From an uncultured Clostridia bacterium (GTDB taxonomy: Bacteria > Bacillota > Clostridia > Christensenellales > CAG-917), in the NCBI GenBank assembly GCA_944372795.1, contig CALWAF010000002.1:72558-136557 (forward strand): 64,000 bases of DNA, written 5' to 3'. The position numbers were made by a program, and so were the translations under genes. Shown one piece after another: positions 46,356-55,258 of this stretch; within the stretch, counting starts at the first letter, position 1, and every line of letters begins with the position of its first letter. Under the pieces are notes generated by a model. That model saw nothing but the letters and a program-made list of their open reading frames with translations. It made no database searches and was not told where the DNA came from.

Positions 46356-46593
46356 GCCTTAATTGCTACATGCCCCGCCGAACACTGTTCGGCGGACTAT
46401 CTTCCCCGCCGAAACTTCGGCGGGGCACCGTTTACGTTTTTATTAAAGCCGTTCCTCACAATAGTGCCCGAACGAGTGACGGCGATATTTCGATGAAGTG
46501 CGCGAAAGAGCCACTGCCGAGAGGCGGAGCGTACATTAGTACGTGAGCATCTACGGCAGTGGCTCTGACAAAGCAATTCGCGAAATAGCGCCG

Positions 46594-48522
46594 TCACTCC
46601 AACTCGAAGGCGCCGGTATAAAGCTGATAATACCTCCCCCTCTGCGCGAGAAGTTCGTCGTGATTGCCGCGTTCGATAATCTCGCCGTGTTCGAGGACGA
46701 GGATGACGTCGGCGTTGCGGACGGTGGAGAGGCGGTGGGCGATGATGAACACCGTCCTGCCGTGCATGAGGCTGTCCATACCCTTTTCGATGAGCTTTTC
46801 GGTGCGGGTGTCGATGGAGGAGGTCGCCTCGTCGAGGATGAGGACGGGGGGATCGGCAACGGCTGCCCTAGCGATGGAAAGCAGCTGACGCTGTCCCTGC
46901 GAGAGGTTGGCGCCGTCACCCGACAGCATGGTGTCGTAGCCCTGCGGCAGGTGACGGATGAAAGCGTCGGCATTGGCGAGCTTTGCCGCCTTTTCCACTT
47001 CCTCGTCGGTGGCATTCAGGTTGCCGTAGCGGATGTTGTCGCGCACCGTGCCCGTGAAGAGGTGGGTGTCCTGCAACACCATGCCGAGAGAACGGCGCAG
47101 GTCGGGCTTTTTGATCTTCTGTATGTTGATGTTGTCGTAGCGGATCTTGCCCTCGTCAACGTCGTAGAACCGGTTGATGAGATTGGTGATGGTGGTCTTG
47201 CCCGCACCCGTAGAGCCGACGAGCGCGATCTTCTGCCCGGGCTTTGCGACGAGGCTGACGTCGTGGAGCACCGTCTTTTCGGGCACATAGCCGAAGGTGA
47301 CGTCCTCGAACTCCACCTCCCCCGTCCACTTGACGTAGGTGGTGGAATCGGTGGCTTTGTGATAGTGTTTCCACGCCCACTCGCCCGTGCGGGTATCGCT
47401 CTCGGTGATGTTGCCCTGCTCGTCCTCGCGCGCGTTCACGAGGGTGACGTAACCCTCGTCCTTCTCGGGCTCGGAGTCTATGAGCGCAAATATGCGTTCG
47501 GCGCCCGCCAGCGCCATGAGGATGCTGTTCATCTGCTGGGACATCTGCCCTATGGGCGCGCTGAACTGTCGGGAGAATTGCAGGAAGGCGATGAGGCTGC
47601 CCAGCCCCATTATGCCGCCCACACGGATGTCCGCCGCGATGAAGAGCGCGCCTACTATGGCGGTGATGGCGTAATTGATGTAGCCGATGTTGCCGAGGAT
47701 GGGCATGAGGACGTTGGCGTAGGTGTGCGCCTTGCGGGACGCGCCGCGCAGCTTGGCGTTGATGCCGTCGAACGCCTCCTTCTCGGCGTCCTCATGGCAG
47801 AACACCTTGACGACGCGCATACCCTCGATGTGTTCCTCGACATAGCCGTCCAGCACGCCGATCGCCTTCTGCTGACGCACGAAGTGCTTGCCCGACTTGC
47901 CGCCGACGTACTTCACGATGAAGAACATGATGACGAGCATCACCACTATGAAGAGGGTGAGCAGCCAATTGATGATCATCATCGCGACGAATATGGCGAG
48001 CACCGTGAGCCCGTTGGAGATGAGATAGGGCACGCCGTTTGCCATGAGCTCGCGCAGGGTGTCGGTGTCGTTGGTGTAGCAGCTCATTATATCGCCGTTG
48101 GCGTGGGTGTCGAAGAAGCGCACGGGGAGCTTCTGCATACTCTCGAACATCTGATCGCGGATGTTGCGCTGGATCTTGGTGGTCATGTTGACGATGATCC
48201 AGTTGTAGGCGTAGTGCAGCAGCACGCCGATGAGATAAAGGGACGCCATGACGCCCGTCATCATCGCGAAATCGCCCATCGTCACGGCGGATGAGCCGGA
48301 CGCGAGAGGTCCGATGTAGTCGTCGATGATCACGGAGAGCATGAAGGTGCCGCCCACCGTAGCCGCGACGTTGAGCACGAGGGAGATCCCCGCAAGGATG
48401 ACCCTGCCCTTGTAAGGTTTGAAATAGGAGAGGATGCGCTTGAACGTCGCCATGGGATGACCCACCGCGAATTTGCCCGCACCTGCGGAAAGGATGCCTT
48501 CCTTCTTTTTCCTGCGGCTCAT
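46594..48522 (-). CDS. ABC transporter ATP-binding/permease protein (type I exporter half-transporter)
   Basis: 642-aa ORF. An N-terminal 6-TM domain is followed by the Walker A GSTGAGKTT, the signature LSQGQRQLL and the Walker B LILDEATSS. The start overlaps the upstream gene in an ATGA arrangement. Confidence 0.93.
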   Translation of the reverse strand: MSRRKKKEGILSAGAGKFAVGHPMATFKRILSYFKPYKGRVILAGISLVLNVAATVGGTFMLSVIIDDYIGPLASGSSAVTMGDFAMMTGVMASLYLIGVLLHYAYNWIIVNMTTKIQRNIRDQMFESMQKLPVRFFDTHANGDIMSCYTNDTDTLRELMANGVPYLISNGLTVLAIFVAMMIINWLLTLFIVVMLVIMFFIVKYVGGKSGKHFVRQQKAIGVLDGYVEEHIEGMRVVKVFCHEDAEKEAFDGINAKLRGASRKAHTYANVLMPILGNIGYINYAITAIVGALFIAADIRVGGIMGLGSLIAFLQFSRQFSAPIGQMSQQMNSILMALAGAERIFALIDSEPEKDEGYVTLVNAREDEQGNITESDTRTGEWAWKHYHKATDSTTYVKWTGEVEFEDVTFGYVPEKTVLHDVSLVAKPGQKIALVGSTGAGKTTITNLINRFYDVDEGKIRYDNINIQKIKKPDLRRSLGMVLQDTHLFTGTVRDNIRYGNLNATDEEVEKAAKLANADAFIRHLPQGYDTMLSGDGANLSQGQRQLLSIARAAVADPPVLILDEATSSIDTRTEKLIEKGMDSLMHGRTVFIIAHRLSTVRNADVILVLEHGEIIERGNHDELLAQRGRYYQLYTGAFELE

Positions 48523-50384
48523 TCCTGCACCTCCTCTTCGGCATAGACGGCGGCGGCTTCGTCCGAGCCCCGCTGCTGGGAATAATATACCTCGCGATAT
48601 ATCTTGTTGGACTCGAGCAGCTCCGCGTGAGTGCCGACGGCGTCTATCCTACCGTCATTCATCACGATGATCTTATCGGCGTCCTGCACCGACCCTATGC
48701 GCTGCGCGATGATGAACACCGTGGTGGAACCGAACTCCTCCTTCAAGCCTTTGCGGATGGCGGCGTCCGTCGCGGTGTCCACGGCGGAGGTGGAATCGTC
48801 GAGTATCATGACCTTGGGATGCTTCAGAAGGGCGCGCGCGATGCACAGCCTCTGTTTCTGACCGCCCGAGACGTTGACGCCGCCCTGCCCCAGCTCCGTC
48901 TCGTAGCCGTCGGGGAAGGACATGACGAAATCGTGCGCCTGCGCCGCGCGGGCGGCGTGCTCGATCTGCTCGTCGGTGGCGTCGGGATTGCCCCATTTGA
49001 GGTTTTCTTTGATGGTGCCGGAAAACAGCACATTCTTTTGCAGCACCATCGCGACAGCGTCGCGCAACGTGTTGAGTTTGTAATCTCTCACGTCCACGCC
49101 GCCCACCCTGACGGAGCCGCTCTTCACGTCGTAAAGGCGGGGTATGAGCTGCACCAGCGTGCTCTTTGCCGAGCCCGTGCCGCCTATGATGCCCACCACT
49201 TCGCCGCTCTTCACGTGGAGGTCGATGTGCTCGAGGTTGAGCACGTCGCCGTCCGCGGAATAAGCAAAGTCCACATCGTCGAAGTCCACGCTGCCGTCGG
49301 CGACGTCCTCTGCCGCGGGCGAAGGATTATCCGCAATGTCTGGCACTTCGCGGAAGACCTCGGCGATGCGCCCTGCGGATGCCCGCGAGAGCACCAGCAT
49401 GACGAACACCATCGCCACCATGCCGAGGGACATCAGGATCTGCATGATGTAGTTGAGGAAGGCGGCGAAGGAGCCGAAGTGCATATCTCCCGCGATTATG
49501 TTGTTGCCGCCGAACCAGACGACGGCGATGATGCACGCGAACGCCACGCACTGCATGAGAGGCATGGCGATGACCAGCATCTTTTCGGCGGAGAACTGGA
49601 GCTTCTGCACCAGCTCGCTGATCTTCTTGAACTTGGCGGTCTCGTAGTCCTCTCTGACGAAAGTCTTGACCGTGCGGATGGCGGTGAGGTTCTCTTGGGT
49701 GATCTCGTTCATATCGTCGTACTTCTTCAGCATCTTGGTGAAGCGGGGGTAGACGATGATGATGCCGACGATGAGCCCCACCACGATGACGGGGAGAGCC
49801 ACGGCGAAGACTATGGCAAGCTCCGCGTTGATGGAGATCGCCATCGCAAGCGCCATGATGAGCATGACGGGAGCGCGCACGAGCACGCGGATGACCATCA
49901 TATAGGACATCTGCACGTTGGTGATGTCGGTGGTGAGACGAGTCACCAGCCCGGCGGTGCTGAAACGGTCGAGGTTGGCGAAGCTGAAATCCTGCACCTT
50001 ATAGTAGATCTTCTGCCTGACGTTGGCGCCGAAGCCCGTCGCGGCATACGCCGCATAGCGACCGGACAGCACGCCGAAAAGCAGCGAAAACAGCGCCATG
50101 ATCACCATCATGCCGCCGCAGATCGCGATGAATTTTACGCTCGAATCCACGGTGAACAGCTGCGTGTTGGAAGCCCCCAGCTGAAGGTTGAAGGTGTAAG
50201 ACTCCGCCCCCTCCGCAAGTCCGACGTCGATGATCTGCGACATGATGATGGGGATGAACACCTCCAGCACCACCTCGAGCACGACGAAGACGGAGGTGAG
50301 CACGGAAGCCGCCTTATACTCTCCCACGCACCCCGCAAGAGCGCCCAGCACGTTCTGCTGTTTTGCAGTCTTGTTTTTTGACAT
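48519..50384 (-). CDS. ABC transporter ATP-binding/permease protein (heterodimer partner)
   Basis: The start is taken at MSKNKTAKQQ, which has a GGAGAG SD. Walker A GGTGSAKST, signature VSGGQKQRL and Walker B MILDDSTSA are present. Confidence 0.93.
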   Translation of the reverse strand: MSKNKTAKQQNVLGALAGCVGEYKAASVLTSVFVVLEVVLEVFIPIIMSQIIDVGLAEGAESYTFNLQLGASNTQLFTVDSSVKFIAICGGMMVIMALFSLLFGVLSGRYAAYAATGFGANVRQKIYYKVQDFSFANLDRFSTAGLVTRLTTDITNVQMSYMMVIRVLVRAPVMLIMALAMAISINAELAIVFAVALPVIVVGLIVGIIIVYPRFTKMLKKYDDMNEITQENLTAIRTVKTFVREDYETAKFKKISELVQKLQFSAEKMLVIAMPLMQCVAFACIIAVVWFGGNNIIAGDMHFGSFAAFLNYIMQILMSLGMVAMVFVMLVLSRASAGRIAEVFREVPDIADNPSPAAEDVADGSVDFDDVDFAYSADGDVLNLEHIDLHVKSGEVVGIIGGTGSAKSTLVQLIPRLYDVKSGSVRVGGVDVRDYKLNTLRDAVAMVLQKNVLFSGTIKENLKWGNPDATDEQIEHAARAAQAHDFVMSFPDGYETELGQGGVNVSGGQKQRLCIARALLKHPKVMILDDSTSAVDTATDAAIRKGLKEEFGSTTVFIIAQRIGSVQDADKIIVMNDGRIDAVGTHAELLESNKIYREVYYSQQRGSDEAAAVYAEEEVQE

Positions 50385-50443
50385 ATCTCTCTCCGAAAAC
50401 GCACGCGTCGGGATAGCCGACACGTGTCGTATTCAATATTAAA

Positions 50444-50472
50444 ATTATATGTTAAGAATATATTAAAGTCAA
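50444..50472 (-). promoter_or_regulatory. Near-consensus promoter of the ABC exporter operon
   Basis: The minus strand has TTGACT, a 17-nt spacer, then TATAAT. A perfect 12-bp palindrome CGACACGTGTCG (50418-50429) lies in the leader. Confidence 0.6.
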
Positions 50473-50564
50473 CATCAAAAAGCCCGCGCGGACAAAAGAA
50501 AAGCGAGGCGCGGCGCGCTTCCTAAAAAGAAAAAAGCCCCGAAGGGCGCGCATCGAAGACGCGG

Positions 50565-50759
50565 TCACTCTACGAAGGACGCGGCGAAGACCGACCGCAC
50601 GAAATCCCTCGCCTCGTCGAAGGAATCGAAGACTCTCTCCCCTTCCCCCGCGTCTACGGCGACGGGATAGTGCTCGAAAGCAAGCTCGTCCAGCACCTGC
50701 TTTTCGGTGCCGAGGACGAGCCTGCCGTTCAGCAAAAACTTTCTGTCGCGATCACGCAT
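50565..50759 (-). CDS. Small acidic hypothetical protein (64 aa)
   Basis: The ATG overlaps the upstream stop within ATGCGTGA. Third codon positions look GC-rich like host genes. I recognise no family. Confidence 0.4.
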   Translation of the reverse strand: MRDRDRKFLLNGRLVLGTEKQVLDELAFEHYPVAVDAGEGERVFDSFDEARDFVRSVFAASFVE

Positions 50760-50976
50760 TGAGAAGACGCCAGATGGACTTCTTTACGATCATCATGATG
50801 AGGTCGACGATCCAGATCAGCCATCCGAGGAATATCCTGATGATGCCCGCCACGATCTTGCCTTCCATGATCCTAGTGACGATGCCGAGGATCCATGCCG
50901 TGATGGGGATGATCGCAAGGATGACACTGACGATGTAAGGCAGCCCGAAATAGTCGCTCTTTTTACCCTTTGCCAT
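50752..50976 (-). CDS. Small two-TM membrane protein (74 aa)
   Basis: A GGAGG SD is present. Two hydrophobic helices (LPYIVSVILAIIPITAWILGIV and GWLIWIVDLIMMIV) are evident. Confidence 0.6.
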   Translation of the reverse strand: MAKGKKSDYFGLPYIVSVILAIIPITAWILGIVTRIMEGKIVAGIIRIFLGWLIWIVDLIMMIVKKSIWRLLNA

Positions 50977-51017
50977 AACAAACCTCCGAATGTTTCTGTG
51001 CTCTTCGCACCGTGACG

Positions 51018-51045
51018 ATTATAACATATTCGGCGACGGAAGTAA
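51018..51045 (-). promoter_or_regulatory. Candidate promoter of the small-protein pair
   Basis: The minus strand has TTACTT, a 16-nt spacer, then TATAAT with a TGt extended -10. Confidence 0.45.
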
Positions 51046-51078
51046 ATATCCGCCGCCGAATTATTCCGTCATTTTGTG

Positions 51079-52497
51079 TCAGCCCTTCACGACGGGATTG
51101 CGTGCGGCGCCCGCCTCGTCGGGACGTCCGACGGGAGTGTTGTGAGGCGCGGAGTGCAATGCCGCAGGGTCGGTGTAAGCAAGGTCTACGATCTCTTTCA
51201 AAGCCGCGGCTGCGGCGTCCAGCGTCTCCTTGCTTGCGGTCTCGGTGGGCTCGAACATCAACGCGTCTTCGACGATGAGCGGGAAATACATCGTGGGCGG
51301 ATGGATGCCGCGGTCGATGAGCCCCTTCGCCACGTCGAGGGCGGTGACACCCGTCTCGTCGCGCAGCTTGCGCATGGACAGCACGAACTCATGCATACAC
51401 CTGCCCTCTCCGACGGGATAGAAATAGCTTATCTTCTCGCGCAGATAGTTGGCGTTGAGCACTGCGGTCTCGGCAGCCGCGCGCAGCCCCTTGCCTCCCA
51501 AAGTGACTATGTAGGCAAGCGCTTTGAGGCAGACGCCGAAGTTGCCGTAGAACGCACTCACTCTGCCCACCGACCAGTCGCTCCTGCCGAAGCGGAAGCC
51601 CTTCTTGTCGCGCACCACCTGCGGATCGGGCAGGAATGCGGCAAGCTCCGCCTTGCAGCACACGGGACCCGCGCCGGGACCGCCGCCGCCGTGAGGCGCC
51701 GAGAAGGTCTTGTGCAGGTTGAGGTGTACGAGATCGAAGCCCATGTCGCCGGGACGCACGACGCCCATCACCGCATTGAGATTTGCGCCGTCGTAGTACA
51801 TCAGACCGCCCGCTTCGTGCACTATATCCGCCACCTCGAGCACGTGCTTCTCGAACTTGCCGAGGGTGCTGGGATTTGTGAGCATGAGCGCCGCGGTGTC
51901 CTCGCCGACTTTGAGGCGCAGATCGGCAAGATCAATGCTGCCGTCGGGCGCGGACGCGAGCGTGACCACCTCGAACCCCGCCATCGCGGCGGATGCGGGA
52001 TTGGTGCCGTGAGCGCTGTCGGGGATGAGCACCTTGGTGCGTCCTTCGTCCCCGCGCGAACGGTGATAAGCGTGCACCATGAGCATGGCGGTGAACTCGC
52101 CGTGCGCACCCGCACACGGTTGCAGCGAAACAGCGTCCATACCCGTAATGCCCGCAAGATAGGCACTTAAAGTGTCAATTACGGCAAGTGAACCTTGCAT
52201 TTTGTCGGCACGCGCCAACGGGTGGGCATCTCTGAACCCGGGCAGCGCGGCGATCTCTTCGTTGAGTTTCGGGTTGTACTTCATCGTGCACGACCCGAGG
52301 GGATAGAACCCGTCGTCCACGCCGAACGTGCGCTTCGAGAGCGCCGTGTAATGCGCCGCCACCTCGGGCTCGGAGAGCTCGGGGAGCACGAGACCGTCAC
52401 GGAGACGATCGGCATCGAAGTCATATCTTTCGACATCGAGGGCGGCAGGCATGACGCCGCATCTGCCCTTCACTGATTTCTCGAACACGGTTTTCAT
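51079..52497 (-). CDS. gcvPB: Glycine dehydrogenase (aminomethyl-transferring) subunit 2
   Basis: The start MKTVFEKSVKGR overlaps the gcvPA stop in an ATGA arrangement. The ORF is PLP-enzyme-like and about 472 aa. Confidence 0.93.
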   Translation of the reverse strand: MKTVFEKSVKGRCGVMPAALDVERYDFDADRLRDGLVLPELSEPEVAAHYTALSKRTFGVDDGFYPLGSCTMKYNPKLNEEIAALPGFRDAHPLARADKMQGSLAVIDTLSAYLAGITGMDAVSLQPCAGAHGEFTAMLMVHAYHRSRGDEGRTKVLIPDSAHGTNPASAAMAGFEVVTLASAPDGSIDLADLRLKVGEDTAALMLTNPSTLGKFEKHVLEVADIVHEAGGLMYYDGANLNAVMGVVRPGDMGFDLVHLNLHKTFSAPHGGGGPGAGPVCCKAELAAFLPDPQVVRDKKGFRFGRSDWSVGRVSAFYGNFGVCLKALAYIVTLGGKGLRAAAETAVLNANYLREKISYFYPVGEGRCMHEFVLSMRKLRDETGVTALDVAKGLIDRGIHPPTMYFPLIVEDALMFEPTETASKETLDAAAAALKEIVDLAYTDPAALHSAPHNTPVGRPDEAGAARNPVVKG

Positions 52498-53795
52498 AGC
52501 GTCTCCTCCACGGTCTTCACGACCTCGTCCATATCCGCCTTTCCGACGCACTCGGTGCAGCACCAGAGGATGCGGTGCTCGTCAAGGGGAAGTCCTCCGA
52601 GGATGCCCTTCTTCTCGAGAGCCGCGGCGATCGCCGACGCCTTGTACGGCGTGATGGTGACGAACTCGTGGAAAAACTCTCTCTCATAGAAGAGTTTTGC
52701 ACCGACGCCCGCAAGCGCCGCCGCAAGATAATGCGCGTTGGATGCGCACTTGATCGCGGTCTCTTTCAGCCCTTCGGGTCCGAGCAGTGAGAGATATACC
52801 GCAGCGGTCAGCGCGCAGTGCGCCTGATTGGAGCAGATGTTGGAAGTCGCCTTCTCTCTGCGGATGTGCTGCTCTCTGGTCTGCAGCGTGAGCACGAACG
52901 CACGTCTGCCCTCTGCATCCGCCGTCTCGCCGACGATCCTGCCGGGCAGCTTGCGCATGAACTCCTTCTTCGCCGCCATATATCCGAGGTAGGGTCCGCC
53001 GAAACTCATCGGGATGCCGAAGGGCTGCGCGTCGCCCACCGCGACGTCCGCCCCCAGCTCGCCGGGACTCTTGAACAGGGCGAGGGCGAGGGGGTTGCCT
53101 CCCACGATGACCTTCGCGCCCTGCGCGTGTGCGGAAGCGATGACCGTCTCCGTGTCCTCGAGGATGCCGTAGTAGTTGGGCGACTCGATGTACACTGCGT
53201 CCGCGCCCGTGCCTTCGTCGGGGAGGAAGGCGAAGCCGTCAAGCGCGGGAAGCACTTCGAGGGCGATGCCTCGGGCTTCGAGATAGGTGCGCACGGTCTC
53301 GAGGGTGTCGGGATTGACGTTTGCGAAGGTGACCACCTTTTTCGCCGCGCCCGCGCACATCACGCACGCCTCCGCCGCCGCAGTCGCGCCCGAATAGTGA
53401 GACGCCGTGGCGACATCCATGCCCGTGAGGTTGCACATCATGGTCTGGAACTCGAACGTCGCCTGCAAAATGCCCTGCGAGAGCTCGGGCTGATAGGGGG
53501 TGTAGGCGGTGAGGAATTCCTCCCTCGAGGCGAGGCTCTTCACCGCCGAGGGGATGTAATGGTTGTAGCTGCCCGCGCCGCGGAAGATGCTGCGGTAGGT
53601 CGCATTCCTCGCCGCAAGCTCCTTGAAAGCGTTGTAGACTTCCTGCTGGGACTTGCCCTCCGCAAGCGCGAATTTTTTCCTGCGGAGCGCCATCGGGACG
53701 TCGGCGTAAAGGTCGTCCACATCCGTTATGCCGAGGAAATTCAGCATCTCTTTGCGCTCGCTGTCCGAGATGGAAAGATAATCTGCCATGGTCAC
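52494..53795 (-). CDS. gcvPA: Glycine dehydrogenase (aminomethyl-transferring) subunit 1
   Basis: The 433-aa ORF has an N-terminus typical of GcvPA (..ERKEMLNFLGITDVDDLYADVP). Its operon position is the expected one. Confidence 0.93.
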   Translation of the reverse strand: MTMADYLSISDSERKEMLNFLGITDVDDLYADVPMALRRKKFALAEGKSQQEVYNAFKELAARNATYRSIFRGAGSYNHYIPSAVKSLASREEFLTAYTPYQPELSQGILQATFEFQTMMCNLTGMDVATASHYSGATAAAEACVMCAGAAKKVVTFANVNPDTLETVRTYLEARGIALEVLPALDGFAFLPDEGTGADAVYIESPNYYGILEDTETVIASAHAQGAKVIVGGNPLALALFKSPGELGADVAVGDAQPFGIPMSFGGPYLGYMAAKKEFMRKLPGRIVGETADAEGRRAFVLTLQTREQHIRREKATSNICSNQAHCALTAAVYLSLLGPEGLKETAIKCASNAHYLAAALAGVGAKLFYEREFFHEFVTITPYKASAIAAALEKKGILGGLPLDEHRILWCCTECVGKADMDEVVKTVEETL

Positions 53796-54139
53796 TCCAA
53801 TGAAGCCAGATATTCCGCTTCGCTCATAAGCCCTTCGGCAAGCACGGGGGACGCGATCGCAAAGATCCAGACGCCCTCTTCGCCCGCCTTTTCGGGAGAG
53901 TCGGCAAGTTGCTCGTTGACGGCGTCAACGATGCCGCTCGCGGGGGAATTGACCTCGGCGACAGCCTTCACCGACTCCAGCTCGCAGCAGGGTTCCCCCG
54001 CCGTGACCGCAGCGCCGACGGAGGGAAGATCGACATAGACGACCTCTCCCAGCTCCTCTGCGGCGTGCGCGCTGATGCCGACGTAAGCCTTTCCCTCCAG
54101 CAACTCCACCCATTCATGCGTGTTCGTGTATTGTTTCAT
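53792..54139 (-). CDS. gcvH: Glycine cleavage system H protein
   Basis: HEWVE and the lipoyl-lysine motif ELESVKAVAEV in a 115-aa ORF. Confidence 0.95.
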   Translation of the reverse strand: MKQYTNTHEWVELLEGKAYVGISAHAAEELGEVVYVDLPSVGAAVTAGEPCCELESVKAVAEVNSPASGIVDAVNEQLADSPEKAGEEGVWIFAIASPVLAEGLMSEAEYLASLE

Positions 54140-54182
54140 AACCTACTCCTTATGCCAGCGGCCGTGACGGACCGCTCGCACG

Positions 54183-55250
54183 TTATTTTCTTTTCACGAA
54201 AGGCATCTCCGCCCTTTCCAGCGGGATCGACCTTCCCCTGACGTCTGCGGTGAGGGCGCCCGTGACTCCCCTCTTTATGCGCAGCATCGCGATGCCGCAC
54301 CCGAGAGTCGGCGAGTGAGTGCCCGACGTCGAGACCCCCACCTTCACTCCGTCCGCATAGATGTCGCAGTGTTCGCGCACGATCCCGCGTCCCGCGACCT
54401 TTGCGCCTATCCTCTCGAACTCGGGCGTGTGCGCCATGAGCGCCTCCCTGCCGAGGAAATCTCCCTTGCCCGTCTTCACGGCGAAGTCCAGACCGACCTC
54501 GTCCACGGGTATGTCTTGGGAGAGCTCGTGTCCGTAAAGGGGCATTCCCGCCTCGAGGCGCAGAGTGTCCCTCGCGCCCAGCCCGCAGGGTATGAGCCCG
54601 AACTCCTTCCCCGCCTCGAGCACAAGACGGTAGATGTCCGCGATGTCTTCGTTTCGGCTGTATATCTCGAAGCCGTCCTCCCCCGTATACCCCGTGCGGG
54701 AGATGAGTGTGTTGTGCCCGCCGACGGGGACGTCGCGGGTGAATGTATAATACTTTGCGGGCAGCAGCTCTTCGGGCACGAGTTTTTTCATCACCGCAAG
54801 CGCCGCGGGACCCTGCACCGCGATCTGCGACACTTTGTCCGAAACGTCCGAAAACTCGCAGCCCGACAGATGCGCCGCAACGTGCGCCGCGTCCTTTTCC
54901 ACACACGCGCCGTTGACCACCATCATGAATTTGGTGGCTGCAAAGCGGTAGATGAGCACATCGTCCACCGCGCACCCCTTCTCGTCGGGCAGAATGGAGT
55001 ATCTCACCCTGCCGTCCGTCATCCCGCGTATGTCGTTGGTGAGGATGGCGTTCAGCGCCTCTTCCGCGCCATCGCCCTCGAAGAAAAACTCACCCATATG
55101 CGACACGTCGAAGACGCCCGCGGCTTCCCTCACCGCGCGGTGTTCCTCGAGGATGCCGGAGTACTGCACGGGCAGATCGTAGCCCGCAAATTCCACCATC
55201 TTGCCGCCGAGGGCGACGTGTGTTTCGAAAAGCGCAGTCCGCTTTGCCAT
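54183..55250 (-). CDS. gcvT: Aminomethyltransferase (glycine cleavage T protein)
   Basis: The start MAKRTALFETHVALGGKMVEFAGYDLPVQY follows an AGGAGG SD. Confidence 0.95.
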   Translation of the reverse strand: MAKRTALFETHVALGGKMVEFAGYDLPVQYSGILEEHRAVREAAGVFDVSHMGEFFFEGDGAEEALNAILTNDIRGMTDGRVRYSILPDEKGCAVDDVLIYRFAATKFMMVVNGACVEKDAAHVAAHLSGCEFSDVSDKVSQIAVQGPAALAVMKKLVPEELLPAKYYTFTRDVPVGGHNTLISRTGYTGEDGFEIYSRNEDIADIYRLVLEAGKEFGLIPCGLGARDTLRLEAGMPLYGHELSQDIPVDEVGLDFAVKTGKGDFLGREALMAHTPEFERIGAKVAGRGIVREHCDIYADGVKVGVSTSGTHSPTLGCGIAMLRIKRGVTGALTADVRGRSIPLERAEMPFVKRK

Positions 55251-55258
55251 CTTTCCTC

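Noticed and set aside
46505-46566. GCCACTG sequence reminiscent of the cobalamin-riboswitch B12 box
   Set aside because: It is an isolated heptamer inside a simple inverted repeat. No downstream plus-strand gene is present, and the surrounding sequence lacks the rest of the aptamer.
46543-50381. Two long plus-strand ORFs (583 and 584 aa) opposite the ABC exporter genes
   Set aside because: The minus-strand frames carry full Walker A, signature and Walker B sets. The plus-strand products are shadow ORFs.
54136-54975. 279-aa minus-strand ORF overlapping gcvT out of frame
   Set aside because: It is an R/G-rich alternative frame. The gcvT frame has the conserved N-terminus and an AGGAGG SD.
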